Assembly (NCBI GenBank): GCA_041649675.1
Contig: JBAZMQ010000002.1
Span: 1,920-65,919, forward strand
Direction: 5' to 3'
From: Patescibacteria group bacterium
GTDB taxonomy: Bacteria; Patescibacteriota; Patescibacteriia; Buchananbacterales; UBA6539
Length of the DNA: 64,000 nt
Positions 11,527 to 22,229 of the stretch are shown piece after piece. The notes below the pieces were generated by a model that saw only the letters and a list, made by a program, of their open reading frames with translations, had not been told where the DNA came from and did not search any database. Every line of letters starts with the position of its first letter. The first letter of the stretch is position 1. The position numbers and the translations under genes were made by a program.

Positions 11527-11631
11527 CCCCGCTCCTATTTTACTGATTATTGTTCAATTTTATTGAATTTTTTTAATTCAACTCAGGAACTTTAAACTGT
11601 AGAAAAATGGATAAGTAAAATAGGAGCAGGG
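11527..11631. repeat. ~18-bp imperfect inverted repeats flanking ~70 bp AT-rich DNA (MITE-like)
   Basis: CCCCGCTCCTATTTTACT (11527-11544) versus AGTAAAATAGGAGCAGGG (11614-11631). Confidence 0.55.
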
Positions 11632-11637
11632 TCAATG

Positions 11638-12015
11638 TTAGTCAATTGGCTCAAAATAATATTTCTGTTCTGATTCCCCGGGATTTTGGCTACTTTTGGC
11701 CTGATTAAGCGTTTTTTCTTCTTGTTTTGCCACTAATTTTGGCTTGATAATTTCCGCCATTGCGCTTTCAAGAGCCTGCCAATTATTCAGTTTCTCTTCT
11801 TGGGCCGTAGCTTTCCAATTAGCCACATCCCGGTTGATCTTTTCCAGCAACTGCTCTTCAGACAAACCCACCACTTCATTCTTGCCTGAAACCAAATTCT
11901 GATAGGCTGAAAACGTAGTCACCACATAAGCCGGCTGCCCGGTTGAATCCAAAACAATACAATTATCACCGGTTTTTTTGATTAAATCAATGATTTTTTC
12001 TAAATTATTGGGCAT
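11638..12015 (-). CDS. Hypothetical protein between fusA and tuf
   Basis: 125-aa ORF with native codon style, ends YYFEPID. Confidence 0.8.
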   Translation of the reverse strand: MPNNLEKIIDLIKKTGDNCIVLDSTGQPAYVVTTFSAYQNLVSGKNEVVGLSEEQLLEKINRDVANWKATAQEEKLNNWQALESAMAEIIKPKLVAKQEEKTLNQAKSSQNPGESEQKYYFEPID

Positions 12016-12088
12016 AGTCTTTTATCTTACTCCCGTCCGGCCAAACTTGGCAAGAACGACCAATTCTGGCCTGCCCCTCCTAAAAATA

Positions 12089-14194
12089 TTATTTCTTTTT
12101 ATCTTTTCCGGTTTTGATTTGCTCGGCAACATTATTTGGCACCTCAGAATAACTATCAAATTCCATATTGTATGAAGCTCGGCCTTGAGTCATTGACCGC
12201 AGTTCAGTAGCATAACCAAACATTTCCGCTAATGGTACTTTTGCTTCAATCACTTTAATTTGACCGCGATCGCGCATTTCTTCAATTTGACCGCGCTTGG
12301 AATTCAAATTACCAATCACATCACCCATGAAATTTTCCGGAGTAATAACTTCAACTTTCATTAAAGGCTCTAAAATAACCGGATTGGCGCGCCGAATTGC
12401 TTCCTGAACTGCCATTGACCCAGCAATTTTAAAGGCCGCTTCTGAAGAGTCAACTTCATGAAATGACCCATCATAAACCGTAGCGGAAACGTCAATCACT
12501 GGATAACCAGCAATTACACCTTTATCTAAAGCTTCTTTAACGCCTTTTTGAATGGCGGGAATATATTCCCGCGGAATAAGTCCACCCTTGATATCATCAA
12601 CAAATTCAAAACCTTCACCGCGACTTCTCGGCTCAACTCTTAGCCAACAATGACCATACTGACCACGACCGCCTGATTGACGAATATATTTACCTTCAGC
12701 TTCGGCTTTGCCTTTGATTGTTTCTTTATAGGCAACCTGCGGCCGGCCAACGTTAGCTTCAACTTTAAATTCCCGCTTCATGCGGTCAACAATGACTTCC
12801 AAATGTAATTCACCCATACCGCCAATAAGAGTCTGCATCGTTTCTTCATCAGATCTAACCTTGAAAGTTGGATCTTCTTCAGCCAACTTTGATAAAGCAA
12901 TACCCATTTTTTCCTGGTCTTGCTTGGTTTTTGGTTCAATGGCGACGTAAATAACCGGTTCAGGAAATACAATTGATTCCAAAACAATCGGATGCTCAGG
13001 GTCACAAAGAGTATGACTAGTAAAAGTATTTTTTAAACCAACCGCGGCGGCAATTTCTCCAGCAAATACTTCTTTGACTTCCTCACGATTATTAGCATGC
13101 ATTCTCACAATCCGACCTAAGCGTTCTCTTTCGCCAGTCGTTGAATTCATAATATAAGAGCCGGCACCAACCGTACCCGAATAAACCCGGAAAAAACATA
13201 GTTTACCAACAAATGGATCAGCTGCAATTTTAAAAGCTAAACCGCAAAACGGTTCACTGTCATCAGCCTTACGAACTTCTTCAACTTCCGGCTGACGAGG
13301 ATTAAAACCCCTAACCGGTGGAATATCCAAAGGATTTGGCAAATAATCACAAATAGCATCTAGCAATAACTGAACGCCTTTATTTTTTAAAGCCGAGCCA
13401 ACCAAAATCGGCATGATTTCATTGGCAATAACTGCTTTACGTAATGTTTGATTCAATTCTTTTAAGCCAATGGTTTTACCTTCCAAATATTGATTCAATA
13501 AATTTTCATCGTGGGCAACAATCGCTTCAATTAACTCATGACGATATTTTGCCGCTTTCTCTTTCAAGTCAGCTGGAATTTCAGTCTCAGTATAATCTTT
13601 ACCTTGTTCATCATGATAAATCCAAGCTTTTTCAGTCAATAAATTAATTACGCCCAAAAAATTACTTTCGGCGCCAATCGGCAATTGAATCGGATAAGCA
13701 TTTTTAGTTAGCCTTTCGCGAATGCTGTCTAAGTCATTATAAAAATCCGCCCCCGTGCGGTCCATTTTATTAACAAAACCAATTAGCGGCACTTTAAATT
13801 TTTCGGCTTGATGATAAACTGTTTCTGATTGCGGTTCAACTCCGGCCACGCCATCAAAGACTACAACGCCGCCGTCCAAAACGCGAAGCGATCTTTGGAC
13901 TTCAACGGTAAAATCAATATGGCCTGGCGTATCAATCAAGTTAATCCGACATTTTTCGGCTTCATCGCCTCTAGGCGCCCAAAAACAAGTCGTCGCCGCC
14001 GAAGTGATGGTAATGCCTCGTTCTTTTTCTTGTTCCATCCAGTCCATTTCCGCTGCGCCTTCGTGGACCTCACCGATTTTATGTTTTTTTCCGGTGTAAA
14101 ATAAAATACGCTCGGATACTGTTGTTTTACCGGCGTCAATATGGGCAATAATCCCTATATTTCTGGTTTTTTCTAAAGAATATTCTCGGGGCAT
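12089..14194 (-). CDS. fusA: Elongation factor G
   Basis: [28 protein letters not shown]. Confidence 0.99.
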   Translation of the reverse strand: MPREYSLEKTRNIGIIAHIDAGKTTVSERILFYTGKKHKIGEVHEGAAEMDWMEQEKERGITITSAATTCFWAPRGDEAEKCRINLIDTPGHIDFTVEVQRSLRVLDGGVVVFDGVAGVEPQSETVYHQAEKFKVPLIGFVNKMDRTGADFYNDLDSIRERLTKNAYPIQLPIGAESNFLGVINLLTEKAWIYHDEQGKDYTETEIPADLKEKAAKYRHELIEAIVAHDENLLNQYLEGKTIGLKELNQTLRKAVIANEIMPILVGSALKNKGVQLLLDAICDYLPNPLDIPPVRGFNPRQPEVEEVRKADDSEPFCGLAFKIAADPFVGKLCFFRVYSGTVGAGSYIMNSTTGERERLGRIVRMHANNREEVKEVFAGEIAAAVGLKNTFTSHTLCDPEHPIVLESIVFPEPVIYVAIEPKTKQDQEKMGIALSKLAEEDPTFKVRSDEETMQTLIGGMGELHLEVIVDRMKREFKVEANVGRPQVAYKETIKGKAEAEGKYIRQSGGRGQYGHCWLRVEPRSRGEGFEFVDDIKGGLIPREYIPAIQKGVKEALDKGVIAGYPVIDVSATVYDGSFHEVDSSEAAFKIAGSMAVQEAIRRANPVILEPLMKVEVITPENFMGDVIGNLNSKRGQIEEMRDRGQIKVIEAKVPLAEMFGYATELRSMTQGRASYNMEFDSYSEVPNNVAEQIKTGKDKKK

Positions 14195-14282
14195 GATTTT
14201 AACAATTAACTATTAACAATTAACTATTAAAATTTAACAACTTCCCTGGATAAGTTAATTGTTAAATGTTAACGGTTAACTG

Positions 14283-14746
14283 TTACCTGATAAAGTGAGC
14301 AAAAGCCCGATTGGCTTCAGCCATCTTGTAAGTATCTTGACGTTTCTTGATTGCCGCACCTTCTTTATTGGCAGCGGCAATTAATTCATCAGCTAATTTT
14401 TCGCTCATTGGAGCGCCTTTTCTAGCTTTAGAAGCGGCAATTAACCAACGATAAGCCAGGGTTACTCGTCTTTCGCCCATTACCGGCACCGGCACTTGAT
14501 AGTTACCGCCGCCAATCCGGCGGGACTTAACTTCAACTTCCGGACCAACATTTCTCATAGCGGTATCAAAAATTTCTAACGGATCTTTTTTAGTTTTTTC
14601 TTTAATAATTTCAAAACAATTATAAACAACTTTTTGAGCGGTGGATTTTTTACCACGCCGCATCATGTGATTGATTAATTTACTAATATTAACACTGTGA
14701 TATTTTACATCGGAATAATTTTTCGTTTTGGAGTTTTTCCGCGCAT
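14283..14746 (-). CDS. rpsG: 30S ribosomal protein S7, apparent 1-nt frameshift near codon 12
   Basis: ATG 14746 gives [12 protein letters not shown] then ATG TAA; the conserved body DVKY...[12 protein letters not shown]...[11 protein letters not shown] is in another frame. Confidence 0.92.
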
Positions 14747-14887
14747 ATCCGGTAGTGATTCCCCCCACTATTTCTGCGGTGGGGAAATTAAATTTTTAAT
14801 AATTAATAATATTTAGATTGCCCTGGTAGTATCTCTGGCAAAAACGGGAAAACTGCTACCGGACATAAAAATTTAAAATTTAGTTAA

Positions 14888-15316
14888 CTATTTTTTTGAT
14901 TCAGCAACATATTTAGCACCATAAAGACTGCGGCCTTGTTTTCTGGCAGTGACTCCAGACGCATCATAAACACCGCGAACAATATGATAACGAACACCTG
15001 GCAAATCTTTAACCCGGCCGCCACGTAACAAAACGACGGAGTGTTCTTGCAAATTATGGCCTTCACCAGGAATATAAGCCGTTACTTCCATGCCATTAGA
15101 CAATCTGACCCTAGCGATTTTCCGTAAAGCTGAGTTTGGTTTTTTTGGGGTGGTGGTTGTAACTTTAACACAAACTCCCCGCTTAAAACCAGCCCCTTTG
15201 GGGTTATCTTTCTTGGTTCGTCTTAAGGTATTAGCAACCAACCGCAAAGCTGGAGTTTTGCTCTTTTTTCCTTTAGATTTACGGCTTTTCTTAATTAATT
15301 GGTTGATTGTTGGCAT
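14888..15316 (-). CDS. rpsL: 30S ribosomal protein S12
   Basis: [30 protein letters not shown]. Confidence 0.99.
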   Translation of the reverse strand: MPTINQLIKKSRKSKGKKSKTPALRLVANTLRRTKKDNPKGAGFKRGVCVKVTTTTPKKPNSALRKIARVRLSNGMEVTAYIPGEGHNLQEHSVVLLRGGRVKDLPGVRYHIVRGVYDASGVTARKQGRSLYGAKYVAESKK

Positions 15317-15421
15317 AATTCTTGGTTCTTTTTCCTGAAATTAGGTCTTAAAAACCTGCCCTAAAGGCAGATAAACATAAAGCAATATTAACTAATAATT
15401 TTATAGAAGTCAAGGGCCTGG

Positions 15422-16075
15422 CTAAATACCAAAAAATCTGGCAAACAAATTAAAAATAAAATAAAGGATTGATTCAATTAATGGCATGAACAAAAATAAG
15501 ATCAAAATTGACAAAAAAAGGCCATATTGAGCCATAAATAAAGGATTGCCCAAAGGTGACTTGGCAATTAATTCAGTCACTGGCCTAAAGGTGGTTAGAA
15601 AGTTAAAACCATCAAAACCCGGCAATGGCAAAGCATTAAAAATTGCCAAAACCAAATTAATTTGGAATAGGGCGGTAAATAGAATTACCCCCAGATTATT
15701 CACTGTTATCCCTAAATACTGAGTAGTTATCTTTAAAACTAAAACAGAAAATACGGCAATAACAAAATTAGTCATAACACCAGCCAATGATACCCAGCGA
15801 AAAGCCGCCGCTCCGCCCCGTAAGCGATAAGGGTTGACTGGCACTGGTTTTGCCCAACCAAACATAAATCCGGATTGTGATATATACAAAAGCAGTGGCA
15901 CTAAAATTGAGCCGATCGGATCAATATGAACCAATGGATTAAGTGATAATCGGCCCGAAATTCTGGCTGTATCATCACCAAAATGGTTAGCTACCCAGCC
16001 ATGAGCGATCTCATGTAAAATCACCGAATAAAGAAAGGCAACAATAAAAATTAAAATACTAATTCCTTGAAGCAT
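15422..16075 (-). CDS. Site-2 protease family (M50) membrane metalloprotease
   Basis: HEIAH, GWAKPVP, FNALPLPGFDG. Confidence 0.93.
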   Translation of the reverse strand: MLQGISILIFIVAFLYSVILHEIAHGWVANHFGDDTARISGRLSLNPLVHIDPIGSILVPLLLYISQSGFMFGWAKPVPVNPYRLRGGAAAFRWVSLAGVMTNFVIAVFSVLVLKITTQYLGITVNNLGVILFTALFQINLVLAIFNALPLPGFDGFNFLTTFRPVTELIAKSPLGNPLFMAQYGLFLSILILFLFMPLIESILYFIFNLFARFFGI

Positions 16076-16278
16076 ATTGACATAATAGCATAAGGGCTTG
16101 ATTTTTTACAGCCGCTCTGATATACTGGCTACATTGTTAAAATTTAAACTCTAAATACAAAATCCTAAATTTTAAACAAATCTTAAGCCATAAACTACAA
16201 ACTGGTTTGAAAATTGGAATTTAGAATTTGCGATTTGTTTAGAATTTAAATATTAGAATTTATAATTTATTTACTATT

Positions 16279-16470
16279 ATGCCTAGCTGTGCTATTTGTG
16301 CTCGGTTGCCGCTCAAAGGTCATGCCGTCAGTCATTCCAACATCAAAGTAATCAAACGGCAAAAACTGAATCTGCAAACCAAAACAATTTGTGGTAAAAA
16401 ATTGAAAGTTTGTACCAGCTGTTTAAAGACTTTAGCGAAACCCGCCCTCAAAAATAAAAAAACTAAGTAA
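16279..16470 (+). CDS. rpmB: 50S ribosomal protein L28
   Basis: CAIC...VSHSNIKVIKRQKLNLQ...VCTSCLKT. Confidence 0.93.
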   Translation: MPSCAICARLPLKGHAVSHSNIKVIKRQKLNLQTKTICGKKLKVCTSCLKTLAKPALKNKKTK

Positions 16471-16546
16471 CCTTCTGTAAGCTATCAGCTAAAAGCTATA
16501 AGCTAACTTGTTACTTAGTTTTTTTATTAAAAAATTTTTGACATAA

Positions 16547-17497
16547 TTAACGAATGACTGAAATCTCTTCACTGTTTTCCGCATGACAGGCAAAAACTTT
16601 TACTCCCCCGTTGGCCAGCTGCTGGATAGCATAATAGGAATTTTGGACTGTGCCATCCTTAGGATCCATGGGCATTTCTTTAAAATATTGATCAATTAAA
16701 GAAGTGCCCAAATCCAAACAAGCATCGCTGGTTTTTCCCGGCACACCGACTTTTATAAAATAATCGCCATTATCCCTAGTCCAACCAGCATGAGAGCCAT
16801 CTCCATTACTATCAGTCCGAAATTCCGGATAAGGTCCGGCTGGACCGCTTTCATCCATCAAAAACCTGACTGTGCCTGATCCAGTATATTTTAATAGCTG
16901 AACATAAAATGAATTGCCTAAAGTACTTTTGGCAATTGAATAAGTTTGAGTGTACCAACTGTAATTAGTCGTAGTGCCATCAGTCCGAATTTGGGCAGCA
17001 TTAACAAAATCATAATCAGTATATGACAAAGCATTACCAATTCTAACTTTAACTGGGCTATTACAATTGCCATCGCAATCCAAAACTATTGAAACCGTTA
17101 GCGAAGAAAAATCCGCTAAGCCAGAAATATCAAACCAAGAACGGACGGCATAGACATTATTGGAATAATAATTCAAAACTTCATTAGGATTATAATAAAT
17201 AATGTCGGAACTGGAACCACAGTCAGTCGTACAGCCGCTTGAGGCCGTACCAATCATTTGCAAATTCGAAGTTAAACCAGCCGGACTGCTGCCCCGATGG
17301 TCAACTTGATATTGTTTGACCGCTGAACCAATACTACTCGCCTCTAACCAGCGCCGGGCATTGCTGGTTTGAGAAAAATTTTTAACCGGGTTGGTAGCAA
17401 CAAAAACAATAACAGCCAAAATTGCAATAATTCCAACTACTATCATTAGTTCAATTAAAGTCAACCCGGAATTTTTTAAAAATTTTATTCTTTTCAT
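16547..17497 (-). CDS. Type IV pilin-like protein with inserted beta-domain
   Basis: Prepilin cleavage motif G|LTLIELMIVVGIIAILA; C-terminal MPMDP and Cys pair. Confidence 0.88.
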   Translation of the reverse strand: MKRIKFLKNSGLTLIELMIVVGIIAILAVIVFVATNPVKNFSQTSNARRWLEASSIGSAVKQYQVDHRGSSPAGLTSNLQMIGTASSGCTTDCGSSSDIIYYNPNEVLNYYSNNVYAVRSWFDISGLADFSSLTVSIVLDCDGNCNSPVKVRIGNALSYTDYDFVNAAQIRTDGTTTNYSWYTQTYSIAKSTLGNSFYVQLLKYTGSGTVRFLMDESGPAGPYPEFRTDSNGDGSHAGWTRDNGDYFIKVGVPGKTSDACLDLGTSLIDQYFKEMPMDPKDGTVQNSYYAIQQLANGGVKVFACHAENSEEISVIR

Positions 17498-17521
17498 CGG
17501 ACTGAAATTATTATTTATTTA

Positions 17522-17698
17522 TATTGATATTGTAGTATGATGGTGTCCAGCGCATTGCTTCAAAAAGTGAATTAATTTTCCCACGACTCAATTGATTGGG
17601 CCGAAAAAACCACTGGACTCCAGCGCTTTTTCAGCAATTCATCAATCTTACTTATACTCTGCTGGCGCTGGATTATGAGGGTAACTGATTTTTTTCAT
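17522..17698 (-). pseudogene. Frameshifted, truncated nitroreductase fragment
   Basis: Stitching three frames gives MKKISYPHNPAPAEYK/IDELLKKRWSPVVFSAQSIESW/KINSLFEAMRWTPSYYN, matching the nitroreductase N-terminus (RWSPRAF...LFEAARWAPS). Confidence 0.65.
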
Positions 17699-18026
17699 AT
17701 TTCTTGAAATAATAATATTGGATCAAAAATAATACCCCGATTACTGCTGGGGGTAAAACTACCGGCCAAGAAATTAGATTAAAATTTACCCAAAAAGCCA
17801 AGGCCACAGCCGCAAAAATAAAAAGCCAACCACCCCAAAACGGTTTTTTCCAAGCCAAGATTGTAATAGCCAACAAAATAAAATCAGGGATTAAATGAAT
17901 CAAAAATGCGACCAATAACCTATACCAAGAATCAGAAATGGAAAAAACATCTAGGGCAAAAAGGCCAAGAAATAAAATAAAACAAATTGCTAACCCTCGC
18001 GGGAACCAAAAAATGAATTTTTTCAT
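17673..18026 (-). CDS. Small 4-TM membrane protein
   Basis: Hydrophobic 117 aa, FALDVF/FLIHLIP. Confidence 0.8.
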   Translation of the reverse strand: MKKFIFWFPRGLAICFILFLGLFALDVFSISDSWYRLLVAFLIHLIPDFILLAITILAWKKPFWGGWLFIFAAVALAFWVNFNLISWPVVLPPAVIGVLFLIQYYYFKKYEKNQLPS

Positions 18027-18170
18027 ACCAGTTTTATTTATTATTAATATTTTACCTAATTAAATTATACCAAAAATTACTAAATATAGCGATCAAGCAG
18101 CTTCTGACTAAATATTTGCTTACAAAAAAACAGCCCCAATTTTTTGGAGCTGTTTTTCTATAGAAACTGA

Positions 18171-21100
18171 TTATTGACCCATTTTTTCCAGGTAGGCTCT
18201 GGTAATTTTACCAAAGTAACCAAGAGCCGGTTTTATACCAACACTCTTTTGGAATTCCGCTAAAGCATTTCTAGTGTAGGGACCAAACCAGCCAGTTGAA
18301 CCAATTCTGCCTAGAGCTAAAGCCGCTTTGCCGGCATTATTACTGATCAAGAAATCCTGAAGTGCCTTAACGTCTTCACCGCTGCGACCAAAGAATAAAT
18401 CCCGAGTATAGTTATAAATTTGTACACCTAAAACTTGCGGATTTAATTCATTCAGCCCAGCTGGTGCGGTAATGCCAGTGCCAGTCAAATTGATTGTAGC
18501 GTAAATCATTGGTGAAGGTAATCCATATTGATTGAAGAATTTAACATAAACTACTTTTACCCCATCACCTTCAGTCAATGTCCAGGCTGGATTAGTCACA
18601 TTAGTAACATAATCTATCTGATCAGCGTCAGTAAAATCAGGAATGTTGGAAATTGATACTTTAGTTGCATCATAACCACCGAATAAACTTAGAGTCACTT
18701 CCCTGTTGTCAGTTGAGGCAGCACCATTATTAATTCTGACTGATAAACCTTCACCTGGGATGATAAAATTATGAGTCAGATAAGCCCCACCAGCACCAGT
18801 ACCACCGCCGCCGCCGCCAGCTGGTGGGGTTGGCGGAATAGAAGCAGCACTAACATTAACCGTACGGCTAACTTCCAAAGCTGGATTGCCAACTTTATCA
18901 GAAACATTGTACTTAATCGTGTAAGTTCCAACTGTAGCTGTATCAACTGTACCGGTTGTAACAATGTCTGATGTAATATCGCCGGCAATATCATCGGTTG
19001 CGGTGGCGCCGGCATCAGTATAAGTATCACCGACCGTTAAATTAACAACTGCTGATCCAGCTAAAGTAATGACCGGTGCTGTTAAATCAGGGGTGATACT
19101 AATCCAAGTGGCTGAAGCGTCAAAACCATTACCGGCATTATCCTCAATGGAAACATTTATTCCGACTGAAGCCGAAGTATCAATATCAGTGAAAATACAT
19201 TTTTGACTAATACTATCAAAGGCAGTTGGTACATTTACCCAGCCCATCCCACCGTTAATTGAATAACGGCAGCTACTGGTATTAAGGCCGGAACCGCCGG
19301 TATCAGAAACATCGGCCGAAATTGTTGACTTAGCGCCAACGTATTTAGTGCCACCAATATCATACAATGGCGTAATTACAAAATTAGAAACTACCGGTGG
19401 AATAATATCGGTTGAGACTATAATGGATCTGTTTTCAATCACAGTGCTGCCGTTGGAATCGGTTACAGTATAAGTTACATTATAAAAACCAGCTACTGTC
19501 GTATTAACCGTGGAACTATCAATGACAATACTACTGGTTAAATCGCCATCAACATCATCCAAAGCCGTAGCGCCAGCTTCAACGTAAGCATCATTTAGCA
19601 TAATGGCTTGAGGATTAGAACCAAGCAAAGTAATAACTGGTGGCAGATCTTGAACCTTAACCGTTCTGGTTACTTGAGTGGCAGCGCTGCCATTAGTATC
19701 AGTTACATCATAAGTGATTACATAAGTACCCACTACGGCTGTATTAACCGGATTAACAGTAACAATGGCTGAAGTCAAATCGCCATCAACATCATCCAAA
19801 GCCGTAGCGCCGGCATCAGTATAAGTTTGATTTCTATTAATAGTGACTGGATCAGTGCCCAAGAGCGTAATAACTGGTGGCAAATCCTGAACATTGACTA
19901 TCCGGGCAGCACTGGCCGTATTACCGCTTAAATCAGCTACTTTATAAGTTACAGTGTAAGAACCAGCTACCGCCGTATTAACCGCCGAACTATCAATGGT
20001 AATACTGCTAGTTAAATCGCCATCAACATCATCCAACGCTGTAGCGCCGGCTTCAACGTAAGGTTGGTTTCGGAGAATAGTTTGAGGATTGTCCCCGAGT
20101 AAAGTAATAACTGGAGCAGCAGCGTCGGAAACATTTACCGTCCGTAAAACCTGAACCGCATTATTACCGGCCGCATCAACTGCGTCATAAGTAATTACAT
20201 AAGAACCAACGGCGGCAGTATTAACGCTAACACCACCAATAGTTACGCTGTCAGTGCCATCAACCACATCAATGGCTGTAGCTCCGGCTTCAGTATAAGT
20301 ATCACCAACGTTTAAATTGATAACCGCAGCACCATTAAGAACAATTAATGGCGCGGTAGTATCTTGGACTGTAACAGTAAAGCTGGTTGGGGTGGCGGCA
20401 TTGCCCGCAGCATCGCTGGCATTACAGGTAACTGTGGTTACACCCAAAGGAAAGGTTGAGCCAGAGGCTGGAGCACAAGTGGCAACAAAAATGCCATCAA
20501 CTAAATCAACGGCATTAGGGGTAGTATAGCTGACATCAGTCCCACCAGCGCTGGCGGCTTCCACTAATAAATCAGAATGAGAATCAATAACTGGCACGGT
20601 AGTATCTTGGACTGTAACAGTAAAACTGGTTGGGGTTGCGGCATTGCCCGCAGCATCGCTGGCATTACAGGTAACTGTGGTTACACCCAAAGGAAAGGTT
20701 GAGCCAGAGGCTGGAACACAAGTCACCGGATCAGTGCCATCAATATCATCAGTGGCAGTTGGCGTTAAGTAAGCAACTGCGGCACCAGCAGCGCCGGTTG
20801 CTTCCACTGTCATATCGCTGGGTGTGCCAACAATAATCGGCGGTACAGTATCGGTAATAGTGTAATAAACTGTAATTTGAATATAATCAACTGATGCTGT
20901 TCTGTCTAAAAGAATACTTTGAGCATGGGCGGACAAAGCCACGCCAAAATCAGCAGCATTAATCTCTGCCGGAGTCCAAGTGGTACCCCATAAATCAGCA
21001 GCACCGCCATAGTTGGCTGATGCCATGGTAGTGGGCCAATCAGTTCCAGTCGCCTTATCATTTCCAACAATAACACCGCCTTTAAGTAAATGAAGGTCTT

Positions 21101-21464
21101 CGTCATTTATGCTATTACCAATTAAATTACTTGAGCTTTTTCTCATTATTGAGACTTGAATACCATTAATGGTTGCTCCGCTTGGAATAGCAAAACCATA
21201 ATTAGTGCTTTGTAGATACTCAGAATTGCTACCCGGTGTAAGCTCTACAGTAGCATAGCTAGTGTCATCGGCGATAACATTACCAGCATTTGTCCAAGCC
21301 TTAGTTCCAGGGCCATTGACATTGGCACCGGCTGCGGCATTATTAGGTCCGCTAGTGGCGGCTAAAGCTGGGATAGCTAAAACAAAAAAACCGCCTACCA
21401 AGCAGACCATTATTATGGCCGGCAAAGCAAGCGCTATTTGCTTTTGGCTTAGAATTTTTTTCAT
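18171..21464 (-). CDS. Secreted surface protein with HYR and DUF5011-like Ig repeats and C-terminal peptidoglycan-binding-like domain
   Basis: Signal peptide; 2x CxPASGSTFPLGVTTVTCNASDAAGN; repeated PVITLLG...YxEAGATAxDDVDGDLT; C-terminal GEDVKALQDFL...GWFGPYTRNAL. Confidence 0.88.
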   Translation of the reverse strand: MKKILSQKQIALALPAIIMVCLVGGFFVLAIPALAATSGPNNAAAGANVNGPGTKAWTNAGNVIADDTSYATVELTPGSNSEYLQSTNYGFAIPSGATINGIQVSIMRKSSSNLIGNSINDEDLHLLKGGVIVGNDKATGTDWPTTMASANYGGAADLWGTTWTPAEINAADFGVALSAHAQSILLDRTASVDYIQITVYYTITDTVPPIIVGTPSDMTVEATGAAGAAVAYLTPTATDDIDGTDPVTCVPASGSTFPLGVTTVTCNASDAAGNAATPTSFTVTVQDTTVPVIDSHSDLLVEAASAGGTDVSYTTPNAVDLVDGIFVATCAPASGSTFPLGVTTVTCNASDAAGNAATPTSFTVTVQDTTAPLIVLNGAAVINLNVGDTYTEAGATAIDVVDGTDSVTIGGVSVNTAAVGSYVITYDAVDAAGNNAVQVLRTVNVSDAAAPVITLLGDNPQTILRNQPYVEAGATALDDVDGDLTSSITIDSSAVNTAVAGSYTVTYKVADLSGNTASAARIVNVQDLPPVITLLGTDPVTINRNQTYTDAGATALDDVDGDLTSAIVTVNPVNTAVVGTYVITYDVTDTNGSAATQVTRTVKVQDLPPVITLLGSNPQAIMLNDAYVEAGATALDDVDGDLTSSIVIDSSTVNTTVAGFYNVTYTVTDSNGSTVIENRSIIVSTDIIPPVVSNFVITPLYDIGGTKYVGAKSTISADVSDTGGSGLNTSSCRYSINGGMGWVNVPTAFDSISQKCIFTDIDTSASVGINVSIEDNAGNGFDASATWISITPDLTAPVITLAGSAVVNLTVGDTYTDAGATATDDIAGDITSDIVTTGTVDTATVGTYTIKYNVSDKVGNPALEVSRTVNVSAASIPPTPPAGGGGGGTGAGGAYLTHNFIIPGEGLSVRINNGAASTDNREVTLSLFGGYDATKVSISNIPDFTDADQIDYVTNVTNPAWTLTEGDGVKVVYVKFFNQYGLPSPMIYATINLTGTGITAPAGLNELNPQVLGVQIYNYTRDLFFGRSGEDVKALQDFLISNNAGKAALALGRIGSTGWFGPYTRNALAEFQKSVGIKPALGYFGKITRAYLEKMGQ
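20354..20723. repeat. Near-identical ~125-bp direct repeats (period 243 bp) encoding tandem HYR domains
   Basis: 20354-20480 versus 20597-20723 almost identical at DNA level. Confidence 0.85.
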
Positions 21465-21789
21465 AAAATTTGATCAATTCATTAATTTTAATAAATATAT
21501 ATAATTCAATTGATTTCCGAGTCTTTAAGCTTAATGTTTTTTTAAAAAAATTGCAAGTCCTAGCCAAAAATAAACTGCTAAAATATTATAACATAGTTAA
21601 AGCCAGCATTAAATTAATTTTTTACCATAATTATCCAAAATTTATCCCCAGGTTATACAAAGACAAAAATAACCTTTCCCCTCTTTTAGCAGCCACTTTT
21701 TAATCTGCCTAAAACCTCTTAATTTTAAAAAAACAAAAACCAGTATCTAACTTATACCAGTCTCTGTTTTTATATAATCAATAAGCAAA

Positions 21790-22161
21790 TTACAAACCTA
21801 ATTTTTTTCTAATCTTATTAACCACATCCGTAACATTCCAACCCACCTTGACTAGATACTCATAGGTGTCACACTCTACCGCTTCGGCAACCTTGTTAGT
21901 ATCATTTAAGTTAGTCAAAATTATTACCTCTGCCTTTTTGCCCCATTCATCTTGCCTTAGCTTGGTTAGCATAGTCATGCCGTCCATTTTAGGCATTACT
22001 AAATCAAGCAAAATTAAATCGGGATGATAATCCAGGGCGATTTTTAAACCTTCTTGCCCGTCATTAGCTGTTAAAACCTCAACCTCATTTTGATCAAATT
22101 GCGATAATAAAGCTTTGCGCACCATTGCTTCATCATCAATAATTAATAAAATTTTTTTCAT
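21790..22161 (-). CDS. Single-domain response regulator
   Basis: IIDDE, DLILLDLVMPKMDG, YLVK. Confidence 0.93.
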   Translation of the reverse strand: MKKILLIIDDEAMVRKALLSQFDQNEVEVLTANDGQEGLKIALDYHPDLILLDLVMPKMDGMTMLTKLRQDEWGKKAEVIILTNLNDTNKVAEAVECDTYEYLVKVGWNVTDVVNKIRKKLGL

Positions 22162-22229
22162 AATTTTCTTTCCTCCATTAATTACTGCTAAAAAATTTAT
22201 GTATTATACAAAAAATAAAAAATTAAAAT

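Noticed and set aside
261-15338. Many short antisense or alternate-frame ORFs over ribosomal genes, tuf and fusA
   Set aside because: Shadows of conserved genes with no independent signals.
18850-20850. Repeats that could suggest a CRISPR array or DGR
   Set aside because: In-frame HYR/DUF5011 domain repeats; no spacers, cas genes or reverse transcriptase seen.
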